A DNA stretch of 29,910 bases from a bacterium (GTDB lineage: Bacteria > Hydrothermota > Tepidihabitantia > Tepidihabitantales > Tepidihabitantaceae): assembly GCA_046485285.1 (NCBI GenBank), contig JAWOHE010000060.1:1-29910 (forward strand), given 5' to 3'. Made by a program: the position numbers and the translations under genes. The notes beneath the pieces were generated by a model. The model was not told the origin of the DNA. It ran no database searches and saw only the letters and a list, made by a program, of their open reading frames with translations. Numbering within the stretch: the first letter of the stretch is position 1; every line of letters starts with the position of its first letter. Shown piece after piece: positions 18,113 through 26,400 of this stretch.

Positions 18113-18688
18113 CTAGATGCCCTGTTCGGGCACGGTGTCGGTGCGCGGGATGCTGCGCACGCCCTCGACCAGCACCTGGCCGAAGACCGCCGCCACCTTC
18201 AGTATCAGCGCCGGCTCGTTTCCGCGGTACTTCGGCGAATCGTAGACCCGGTCGCCGAAGCTGACACTGCCGAAGTCCGGAAACCGGGTCTGGCCGAAGG
18301 CCGCCGAGCCCTCGATGCGGACCGGCGTGTTCAGGTCGACGAGCACCCGGGCCTGGCCGAAGATGGCGTTCACCTCCACCCGCTCGTCCCGGCCCTCGGG
18401 CCGGATGCCGGTCAGGTCGAAGACTCCGCTCCCGAACACGGCGTTGTACTCGCGCTGGCCGGACTGCGCCGTGACGGAGTCGCTCTCGAATGCCACGGTG
18501 TCCTTGCGGGCGCCGGTGCGGCGGAAGCCGCCGACGATGATCGTCAGGCCCAGCCACAGGAAGAGCAGTCCCAGCGCGAACCGGAACAGCGGGAACCTGA
18601 TGCCGAGGGAATGCAGGATGATGGACAGGCCGGCCAGCACGACCAGCCCGCCCCAGAAGAAAGCGCTCGACAGGAACCACATCTTCAT
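18113..18688 (-). CDS. LiaF-like (cell wall-active antibiotic response) membrane protein
   Basis: N-terminal TM hairpin (FFWGGLVVLAGLSIIL...) and repeated (A/V)(V/I)FG beta motifs (NAVFGSGVFDL, NAIFGQARV, AAVFGQVLV). True start ATG 18688 with GGAGGAGG; the track extension to 19129 is spurious. Confidence 0.75.
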   Translation of the reverse strand: MKMWFLSSAFFWGGLVVLAGLSIILHSLGIRFPLFRFALGLLFLWLGLTIIVGGFRRTGARKDTVAFESDSVTAQSGQREYNAVFGSGVFDLTGIRPEGRDERVEVNAIFGQARVLVDLNTPVRIEGSAAFGQTRFPDFGSVSFGDRVYDSPKYRGNEPALILKVAAVFGQVLVEGVRSIPRTDTVPEQGI

Positions 18689-18744
18689 ATCCTCCTCCGG
18701 TTTGACATCCGGGCGACTTCGGTAAGGCCAGCCTCCATCGAGCG

Positions 18745-18772
18745 AGTCTAGCCGGTCGGCCCGGGCAGTCAA
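18745..18772 (-). promoter_or_regulatory. sigma70-type promoter
   Basis: TTGACT-N16-TAGACT. Confidence 0.6.
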
Positions 18773-18859
18773 TGCCGGTTGCGGCGGATGGTCCCCCGCC
18801 GGGCAGGAGACGTCACCGACCGGCCTCGCCCCGGATATCGTACCGGGCACTGCACTTCC

Positions 18860-18955
18860 CGGGCGGCTTGGCTGACGCTCCGGCAGGCGGCCTGGCAGGA
18901 GCCCCGGATGAGCGCCCGTAGGGCGCTCAGGACAGGCGCCCGGATGGGCACCCCG
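18860..18955. repeat. degenerate 12-nt tandem repeat (about 8 units), intergenic
   Basis: cgggcggcttgg/ctgacgctccgg/caggcggcctgg/caggagccccgg/atgagcgcccgt/agggcgctcagg/acaggcgcccgg/atgggcaccccg. Confidence 0.5.
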
Positions 18956-19243
18956 GTAGCGGTTGCCCGGGTGTCCCCCGGATAGCGCCTCTCTCGGCGG
19001 TCTGGCTCTCGAAAACCACACTCGCGCGGTCGCTGCAAGAGACTGCAATCGGTTGAGTTGGAAGGACGCGGGCTGGTTCTGCTCCCCGCTGACTGACGAT
19101 TCGGCGGTAGTCTTCCGGTCCGGCGGCATCTGACAGGCGTGAGCCGAGCGGCGGCGCGGAGAGAGGACCGAGCACGAAGAATCGAGGTTGAGCAGGGAGC
19201 ATCCCGGTCAGGGCGAGCATGCGTGCGCCGCCGGCTGATGCGA

Positions 19244-19278
19244 AACAGCGGCCGGTGCAAGAGCCCCGGCCGCCTGTT
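19244..19278 (-). terminator. terminator hairpin after the Kelch gene
   Basis: AACAGGCGGCCGGGGC-TCTT-GCACCGGCCGCTGTTT on the minus strand. Confidence 0.6.
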
Positions 19279-19292
19279 GTCGAAAAGAACTG

Positions 19293-21293
19293 CTACTCGA
19301 TGACCAGCTTCTGTGACACCGACCTGCCGCCGACCGAAAGCCGGCAGAAGTAGATGCCGTTCGCGACCCGGCCGCCCCGCTCGTCGGCGAGGTTCCAGGT
19401 CGCGGTACTGACACCGGTTTCGGCCGGGCCGTCGAACAGCGACCGCACCAGCCGGCCGTTCGCGTCGTAGATTCCAACGTTCAGCCGGCCTGCGTGCGCC
19501 GCGGCCCAACTGAGGCTGACCTGCCGCCGTGCCGGGTTCGGCCCGGTCTCGAGCTTGACACTCAGCGCCGGCTGGAACGGGTCGAACTCCTCGACACCGA
19601 CCTCGCCGGCCACGTAGTGCAGGGCGTTCCGGATGACCAGCGCCCAGTCGCCGTTGCGATTCGGGTCGGCGTAGATTCCCGGGTACTGGTTCACGCCGAC
19701 GACCTTGCGGTTCGAGCTGACTGCGACATACGGCCGGCCGTCGTTCCAGCGCGCGACCGAGTCGGAGCTGATGAAGGCTGCGCCGGCGGCCAGCCACTCG
19801 CCGACCGCGCCGACGCCCGACATTATCGGGTGGCCGGCGTTGTGCCAGCCCATCGTCGTCGAATTGGTGACGTTGCCCCCGACCCCGATCGTTGCATAGT
19901 CGCCGGTCGTGACCCGGCCGGCCAATGCCCAGCCCGTGACGAAGCTGGCGTTGGCGACGACTACGCCGCCACCAGCATCAACGTAGTCGGCAAGCACGTT
20001 GCCGAGTGCGGACGGGTCGGCGTAGGTGTAGTTCGAGTGCACGCCGACCACGCTGTAGGGCAGGAGGTCCGGCAGTGGCGGCGTCGAGTATCGCACGTCG
20101 AGGTAGGTCAGCGTGTCGCCCAGCGCCATCAGCCGGACACCGAGCGTGGTGTCGGGCGGGCCGTAATCGGAGTAGAGCCACAGGGCCCGGAAATCAGCGG
20201 CGGAAGGCTCGATCGCGCCGCGCTCGACGCTGTTTAGAAAGCCTGAGCCGGTGTAGCCGCAGACCGCGAGGAGGGTGTCACGGTAGATTGCTCCGGCGTG
20301 GGAGCGGCGGGCGGCCTGGAGGTTGTTGCAGGCCTCCCAAGTCCCGGTTGAGACGGTGTAGGACCACGCCTGGTTGGTGACCGCCCCGGAGGCGTTGTAG
20401 CCGCCGAAGACGTAGATGACCCAACCGTGGGCCGGGTCGTTGTAGGCCGCGCCGTTGCCCCAGCTCATCCCGAAGGGCATTGCCGGGCCGGTGGTCCAGT
20501 TGTTCCCGGAGATCGAGTACTTGAGGAAGTTGGGCGTGCCGATATAGGGCAAGCCGGAGGCGGTCTGGCCGCCGATGAGGTAGATGGTATCGCCGATCGC
20601 GGCCGCAACCTGGCTTCTCAGCGCCAGCGGCATATCGGTCAGCGCGGTGAAGGTGTTGGCGGCCGGGTCATAGCGCCAGGCCTTGTTGAACGTCGCGGAC
20701 GCGGTGGCGCCACCGAACATGTAGGCGTTGCCGCCCGACGCGGCCATCGCGTAGTACATCAGGCCGGCCTGGGGCAGGACCGCGCCGGCGGTCCAGGTGT
20801 TGGCGCTGAGGTTCAGCTTCGTCATGTTGTCGTACTGGTCGCCGGCCGAGGTGTAGCCGCCGCCGACGCAGATCAGCGTGTCCGAGACCGCGACCGCGTT
20901 CGCGTTCGAGACGCCGCCGCCCGGGTGGCTCAGTCCCTCGCTCCAGGTGCCCGTTGCGAAGTCGAATATCTGGTCCGGGACGCGGTTGGGCGCGGGCGAG
21001 ACCTCTCCGGTCACGACGTGGAGTTTGCTGCCGACCACGACCGCGGCAAGGCGCGAGATGGACTTGGGGCACGGGGTCCCATAGGTCCAGGTCACGTTGC
21101 CGGCGTCGGTGTACGGCGACTCGCCGACCGGGCACGCGCCGGCGCCGAAGTCGCTGTGCGGGTTGATCACCTCGACCGCCGGCGCGGCGAGCACTGGCTC
21201 GACCTGTTCGCCGCCGGTGGCGGTTCGCGGCCCGGCGAAGACGACTGCGGCCGCGCAGAGCGCGACCAGCAGTCCGATTACGGTCCTGTTCAT
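19293..21293 (-). CDS. secreted Kelch-repeat protein with FlgD-Ig/T9SS-type C-terminal domain
   Basis: Signal peptide; Kelch GG motifs (AYMFGG, IYLIGG, IYVFGG) with W-terminated blades; tail IYDANGRLVRSL...WNLADERGGRVANGIYFCRL; AAGGAG RBS. Confidence 0.88.
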   Translation of the reverse strand: MNRTVIGLLVALCAAAVVFAGPRTATGGEQVEPVLAAPAVEVINPHSDFGAGACPVGESPYTDAGNVTWTYGTPCPKSISRLAAVVVGSKLHVVTGEVSPAPNRVPDQIFDFATGTWSEGLSHPGGGVSNANAVAVSDTLICVGGGYTSAGDQYDNMTKLNLSANTWTAGAVLPQAGLMYYAMAASGGNAYMFGGATASATFNKAWRYDPAANTFTALTDMPLALRSQVAAAIGDTIYLIGGQTASGLPYIGTPNFLKYSISGNNWTTGPAMPFGMSWGNGAAYNDPAHGWVIYVFGGYNASGAVTNQAWSYTVSTGTWEACNNLQAARRSHAGAIYRDTLLAVCGYTGSGFLNSVERGAIEPSAADFRALWLYSDYGPPDTTLGVRLMALGDTLTYLDVRYSTPPLPDLLPYSVVGVHSNYTYADPSALGNVLADYVDAGGGVVVANASFVTGWALAGRVTTGDYATIGVGGNVTNSTTMGWHNAGHPIMSGVGAVGEWLAAGAAFISSDSVARWNDGRPYVAVSSNRKVVGVNQYPGIYADPNRNGDWALVIRNALHYVAGEVGVEEFDPFQPALSVKLETGPNPARRQVSLSWAAAHAGRLNVGIYDANGRLVRSLFDGPAETGVSTATWNLADERGGRVANGIYFCRLSVGGRSVSQKLVIE

Positions 21294-21509
21294 CGTGTTC
21301 TCCTTGTTCGTTGCTGCGGGTCCGATTCGGACTTGCCCGGCGCCGCACTGGCGGCTGGCACCGAGTTCAGTGACGGACGGATGTTCGGGCTGGTTCGCTT
21401 CTCACCTCCCTGATGGTCGACATTGGCTTCCCCGGCCGGGCCTGCCGGGCATTCCGGGGTGCGGGAGCGGGCCGCGGACGCCTCCCGCACCATCATCACT
21501 CATTGCGGC

Positions 21510-21537
21510 AGTATAGCACCGGTGGCCATCGCGTCAA
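21510..21537 (-). promoter_or_regulatory. sigma70-type promoter (extended -10), about 210 nt upstream of the Kelch ATG
   Basis: TTGACG-N16-TATACT with TGC before the -10. Confidence 0.65.
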
Positions 21538-21589
21538 TATCCAAGCAGGCAACGGTCCGATCTCCGGCGTCGGGGCAAGGCCCGACTGG

Positions 21590-23419
21590 CTACTCGACGA
21601 CCAGCTTCCGCGTGTGGGTTGCCTCGCCGGCCCGGACCCTCAGCAGGAACACTCCTCGCGCAGGAGGCGCGAGAGCAAGGCCGCCGGCTCGCCCCGGAGT
21701 CTCGGTCCGGTAGCGGATGCGGCCTGATGCGTCAATCAACTCAACCGTGACTGCGCGAGTGCCGGGCAGGTTCCAGGTCAGGCTGGTCCGGCCACGACAG
21801 GGGTTCGGTGCAAGTACTATCCCCGGCGCGGGGCTGTTCGGCTCAGCCGTGATGCCCGCCCCGGTGGGGAGCAGGACCAGCTTGCCATAGAACGCGGGCT
21901 CACGCCAGAGCGAGTCAGCCAGGTTGCCGGGCCACCAGCCACAGGGGAGAGAGTCGTCCGCCATCACCAGCCAGAGCCCGAGCGTGTCGCCGGTCGGCCG
22001 GGCGGCGAGCTGGTAGGGCAGGTCCCCGAAGGGTATCCGGCCCTCGATGACGGTGGTGCCGCCGAGGCTGCTGATTGCGACCGTGTCGCCCGGAATGGGA
22101 AGGCCCGCCGGGTCCCAGGTGTCGGCGCGGCACCAGCAGTAGACCGCCTCGTCGCTGCCATCCGCTGAAACCCGGAGGAAATAGCCGCCCTCGGAACGGT
22201 CGGTCGACCAGGTCCCGTCGTTGTTCGCGTCGAAGAACAGCCCGACCATGTCGCCGGGCGCGCGGCCGGCGGAGCGGGGCAGTTCGGCCGCGAAGTAGAG
22301 GTAGCTGGCGTCGTGGCAGAACCACGCCCGCGCCGACCCGACCGGTCGGGGACCGCATCGCCAGCCGTTGAGGTTGGAGAGGTCGCGCGCGGCGTAGGCC
22401 GAGTCCCATTCGCCCGCGGTGAGCAGGCCGTCGAACCCCGGGACCGAGCTGACACGATAGGACCGGAGCGTGTCGGTCGAGGCAAGCAGGGCCATGCGGC
22501 AAGTGTCGTTCCCAGGGTTCTCGTCGTCAGCAAGGCGGGTCAAGACAACGAGGGTGGCGTGGTTCCACAGGCCGGTGACGTACGTGCCTTCGGGGAACCG
22601 GACGGTCGTGCTGTCGCCCGGCGCAATCGTGACCTGGCGCGTGTCCTGCCAGACAGGCGTGCCGGCGGAGTCAAGCCAGCTGAGCGTGACCGGGCAGGTG
22701 GCGGCAATGGTGCCGAGGTTGGTCACCCGGCAGGCAGGGTCCAGCCGCGCTCCGGAGCGGACCATCGAGCCGGCCGGGCTGGTGAACGGGCCGGCAGCGA
22801 AGTCACGGTCAACGGACCGGAGCGAGATGTCGTCGGCGAAGACCTTCGCCAGCGGCGTCCCTCAACCGTCGAAGGTGTAGCTGTAGAGCGCGACCTCGAT
22901 CCGGGCGATGTCGGCCGGGCTTACGCCGGGGAGGTTATCGGCGATCTCGCGGGCGATGTCGAGCCGGTACTCGCTCCAGGCCGGGTCGGCGACCCGGACC
23001 AGGCTCAGGGTCGGGGTTGGTTGCCAAGTGGCATAGGTGGAGTAGACGTAGCGCGTTTCGCCGAGCTCCGTGCCGTTGCGGTTCTGGTAGCTGACGCTGA
23101 AGCAGGCCGCCGGCCAGCAGGTTGACGTGCCGCCGCTGTGTTCGAAGCTGGCCCAGAAGGTGAGGGTCAGCGCCGGGCTGGCAACGTCGACGGTCTGTCC
23201 AAGCCGACACCAGCCCGGGTTGTCGTACTGGTAGGCCATCGCCTCGTAGTCCGGGTCCGGGTGGTAGTGCACCGCCCGGTTGCTGGTGTGCGTCCCTGCG
23301 CCGCCCTCGGTGTGTACCCAGCCGGTACCCAGCGGCTGTTCGAAACTGCCATTGACCAGCAACTCGGCACCCGCGGACAGGCCACAGGCGATGATGACAG
23401 ACAGGATTGACTTCAGCAT
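21590..23419 (-). CDS. candidate selenoprotein (609 aa, Sec at codon 186): CBM-like N-domain, CARDB-like and CBM9/DOMON-like domains, T9SS-type tail
   Basis: Track ORFs 22862-23419 and 21590-22765 share one frame, separated only by TGA 22862-22864 (YSYTFDG*GTPLAKVFADD). SECIS-like hairpin 11 nt downstream. The signal peptide is in part 1 and the sorting tail (APNP...IDASGR...RGVFLLRV) in part 2. Confidence 0.8.
22835..22850 (-). promoter_or_regulatory. putative bacterial SECIS element
   Basis: TGA-N11-GGCGAA[GGTC]TTCGCC. Confidence 0.75.
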
Positions 23420-23448
23420 TCGCGCCTCCGTTTAGGTTGCTCCCCAGC

Positions 23449-23476
23449 AGTATAGGCTCCGGCGCACGGCGGTCAA
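23449..23476 (-). promoter_or_regulatory. sigma70-type promoter
   Basis: TTGACC-N16-TATACT upstream of GGAGG and ATG 23419. Confidence 0.65.
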
Positions 23477-23504
23477 CAAGGTGACCGCGGCAGTGCCGGC
23501 CGAC

Positions 23505-24404
23505 TCAGCGGGTGAGGACGAGCGGCCGGGTTTCGAGCCGGCCGGGAATCGCGAGCACGCACTGGTAGACCCCGGCCGGCAGGCCCGCCGGGTCGAGCGC
23601 GAAGCGGTGCGGCCCGGATGCCAGGGTGCCATTGGCAAGCCGTCTGACCGTGCGGCCGGCGGCGTCGATTACGCTGAGGCTGACCGGGACGGGGTGCGGG
23701 AGCTCGAAGCTCACCGTGCTGCGACCGGCGGACGGGCTGGGCGCGACGGAGAAGGCGCGGGCCAGTCCTGACCCGGGGCTCTCGTTGATTGCCGAAACCC
23801 GGGCGAGCACGAAGTCGTCGGCGGAGACCTCCGCCCACGGCTGGGTTCAGCCGTCGGATGTGAAGCCGTACATCAACACTCGGACCTGGTGGACATCCGC
23901 GGCAATGACTCCCGGGAGGTTGCCGCTGAGTTCCGCGCCGATTGACAGCCGGTACTCGCGCCAGTCCGGGTCGGTGACCTCGATGAGGTGCAGTATCGGC
24001 GTGCTGGTCCAGTTGCTGTTGCCGTCGCGCAGGCAGAACAGGGTGGTGCCGAGTATGTCGCCACCGGCGTCGCAGTACTCGAGGCCGACTGAGGCGACCG
24101 GCCAGCAGGTGACCGAGCTGTTGCCGATGCGGAACTCGGCCTGGAAGGAGAACTCGAGCCCGGTGTCCGGGACGGTGACGAGCTGGCCGAGCTTCATCCA
24201 GCCCGGGCCGCCGTACTGGTAGACGCGGGCCTCGTAGTCGGCATCGGGGTGATAGTCCGCGGCCCGGCTGAAGACCTGGTTGCCGTAGCCGTCGCGGGCC
24301 TGGGTCCAGCCGACCGACAGGTCCTGTTCGAAGTCGCCGTTGACGAGCAGGCTCTGACCCGGGAGCAGGCCAAGGACAAGGGTGAGGGCAAGGGCAATTC
24401 TCAT
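23505..24404 (-). CDS. candidate selenoprotein (299 aa, Sec at codon 186): CBM-like N-domain and T9SS-type tail
   Basis: Track ORFs 23847-24485 and 23505-23810 share one frame, separated only by TGA 23847-23849 (YGFTSDG*TQPWAEVSADD). Start ATG 24404 behind GAGG. Tail IDAAGRTVRRL...LPAGVYQCVL. Paralog of 21590-23419. Confidence 0.8.
23820..23835 (-). promoter_or_regulatory. putative bacterial SECIS element
   Basis: TGA-N11-GGCGGA[GGTC]TCCGCC, extendable by an imperfect lower stem AGCCGT/ACGACT. Confidence 0.75.
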
Positions 24405-24457
24405 TGTCATCCTCTGCGGCACATCGGGAAGCACCGCTACTTCGCGTTCACAGTACA

Positions 24458-24530
24458 ATTCTACGCGACGGGTCTGGGCAGTCAATCGCGGCCCCGGTGC
24501 TGTTGACAGGCGCGGGGCGCGGCCTAGTCT
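24458..24530. promoter_or_regulatory. back-to-back divergent sigma70-type promoters
   Basis: Minus: TTGACT(24480-85)-N16-TAGAAT(24458-63). Plus: TTGACA(24503-08)-N16-TAGTCT(24525-30). Confidence 0.6.
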
Positions 24531-24546
24531 TGTGAATTATCCTCAG

Positions 24547-25692
24547 ATGATTGCGCTCCTCCTGCTTCTTGCACTTGCCGGCCCGGTCGTGCCGACCGGG
24601 CTCGAAGCGGCCGACACGCCCAACGATGAGGGCGGGAGCATTCGGCTGAACTGGTGCTGGCCGGAGGCGGAGTCGGCCCGGGCGCAGGCGTTCGTCGTCC
24701 AGCGCTCGACCGCCCCGGACTCCGGGTTCGAGGCAGTCGGCGAGGAACCGGGCACCGGCCGTGATTTCGTCGATGCCGGCGCGCCGGATGGCGTCGAGCA
24801 CTGGTACCGGGTCGGAGCCGCGACCGCAACCGACACGGCCTGGAGTGCGATTGCCGGCCCGACCCGCGCTTCGGCGCAGTGGTTCAACGCGGCGCGGGCC
24901 AACGTCCTCGTGATACTCGTGGTGATATCGGCCGTGTTCGGCTACTACATTGCCCGGGCGCGGCGGGGCGTGAAGATGCACATCCGGCGCATCGCCGGGC
25001 TCGACGCGATTGACGAGGCGCTCGGCCGGGCGACCGAGATGGGCAAGCCGATCCTGTTCAGCTTCGGGCTCGGCTACATCACCGACATGGTCGTCATCGC
25101 CGCCCTGCCGCTGCTGCGCCGGGTCGCCGGCCGTTCGGCCGAGTACGCGACGCGGCTCCTCGTGCCGAACTCCGACCCGCTGGTGATGACCGCGGCGCAG
25201 GAGACGGTCCGGGAGGCGTACGTCCAGGCCGGCCGGCCGGACCTGTACAGCGCCGACAACGTCAATTTCCTGACCTCGGACCAGTTCGGCTACGCGGCCG
25301 GGGTTGACGGCCTGATAATGCGCGAGAAGCCGGGCGCGATATTCTGGCTCGGCTACTTCTACGCCGAGTCGCTGATAATGGCCGAGACCGGCCACTCGGT
25401 CGGCGCGATCCAGCTCGCGGGCACGACCGAGACGACCCAGTTGCCGTTCTTCGTCGCGGCCTGCGACTACACGATGATCGGGGAGGAGATCTACGCCGCG
25501 TCCTGCTACCTGAAGCCCGAGCCGATGATGCTCGGGAGCATCAAGGGCGAGGACTTCCTCAAGCTCGCGCTCATCGTCGTCGCGACACTGACGGTGCTCG
25601 TCGGCACCGCGGCGGCGCTGCTGGGTGACCGGGCCGGGTTCCTCGCGACCGCGTTCCGGACCGCGGCCGGCTGGTTTGCGCTCAACTACTAG
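24547..25692 (+). CDS. fibronectin type III + DUF6754-like membrane protein
   Basis: Signal peptide; FN3-like PTGLEAADTPNDEGGSIRLNW...YRV; TM; then IRRIAGLDAIDEALGRATEMGKPI...FYAESLIMAETG...QLPFFVAACDYTMIGEEIYAAS (DUF6754-like, recalled not searched). Confidence 0.8.
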   Translation: MIALLLLLALAGPVVPTGLEAADTPNDEGGSIRLNWCWPEAESARAQAFVVQRSTAPDSGFEAVGEEPGTGRDFVDAGAPDGVEHWYRVGAATATDTAWSAIAGPTRASAQWFNAARANVLVILVVISAVFGYYIARARRGVKMHIRRIAGLDAIDEALGRATEMGKPILFSFGLGYITDMVVIAALPLLRRVAGRSAEYATRLLVPNSDPLVMTAAQETVREAYVQAGRPDLYSADNVNFLTSDQFGYAAGVDGLIMREKPGAIFWLGYFYAESLIMAETGHSVGAIQLAGTTETTQLPFFVAACDYTMIGEEIYAASCYLKPEPMMLGSIKGEDFLKLALIVVATLTVLVGTAAALLGDRAGFLATAFRTAAGWFALNY

Positions 25693-25695
25693 CCG

Positions 25696-26397
25696 ATGCT
25701 CAAGCGCACCGTCCCGCTCGTCATCGTCTTCGTGACCGCGGCCGCGCTGATCGTCGCGTTCTTCATTCCCCACCGGCCGTTCGGCGACCTCGAGGCGCGG
25801 ATGCTCAACTGGTACGCGATCGTCGCCGGCTTCACTTTCCTGCTCGGCCTCGACTCGCTGGCGCGGCACCACTTCACGAAGGTTGTCCGCCGCGCGAAGG
25901 GCTGGTTCTACTCGGTCGTCCTGCTGGCCGGGCTGTTCCTGACGCTCGGGCTGGGGCTGTACTCGTGGTTCCGGTTCCAGAGCCCGTTCGCGCTCCAGTC
26001 GCCGTTCATGTGGCTCTACACCTACATGATCATCCCGCTCCAGGCGACGATGTTCGGGACGCTGGCGTTCTTTATCGTCTCGGCGGCCTACCGGGCGTTC
26101 CGGGTCCGCAACTTCGGCGCGACGCTCCTGCTCATCGCGGCCGGGCTGGTGATGCTCGGCAACACGCCGCTGGGCGGGACGGTCTGGCGTGGCGTCGCCC
26201 AGCTTGCGCACCTCGTCGTGCCGGCGGTGGACGCCGGCCGGCTGGGCGCGCTCGAACTGCCGGCGGTGGTCAAGGACTGGCTGATGGCGGTGCCGCAGGC
26301 CGCGGCCAGCCGCGGCATCGGCATCGGGCTGGCGCTGGGCGGGATGGCGATGTCGCTGCGGATTATCCTCGGCATCGAGCGGACCTACCTCAACTAG
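25696..26397 (+). CDS. uncharacterised multi-pass membrane protein (DUF6754 cluster)
   Basis: About 6 hydrophobic segments; PLQATMFGTLAFFIVSAAYRAFRVRN; C-terminal LRIILGIERTYL; tight operon spacing. Confidence 0.85.
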   Translation: MLKRTVPLVIVFVTAAALIVAFFIPHRPFGDLEARMLNWYAIVAGFTFLLGLDSLARHHFTKVVRRAKGWFYSVVLLAGLFLTLGLGLYSWFRFQSPFALQSPFMWLYTYMIIPLQATMFGTLAFFIVSAAYRAFRVRNFGATLLLIAAGLVMLGNTPLGGTVWRGVAQLAHLVVPAVDAGRLGALELPAVVKDWLMAVPQAAASRGIGIGLALGGMAMSLRIILGIERTYLN

Positions 26398-26400
26398 CCG

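Noticed and set aside
18689-19129. N-terminal extension of the LiaF-like ORF (338 aa)
   Set aside because: A strong RBS and promoter sit at 18688-18772; the extension is low-complexity translation of the 12-mer tract.
22862-23849. Both genes are nonsense pseudogenes, or four separate genes
   Set aside because: The stop falls at the same codon in diverged paralogs, a covarying hairpin follows, homology continues past the stop, and the downstream parts lack an RBS or signal peptide.
21590-24404. Genome-wide UGA reassignment (code 4 or 25) as the explanation for the in-frame TGAs
   Set aside because: TGA ends several genes at their expected C-termini (ECF sigma, C25, rimI, the GTGA overlap at 27225-28). 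Long genes contain no internal TGA and Trp is TGG.
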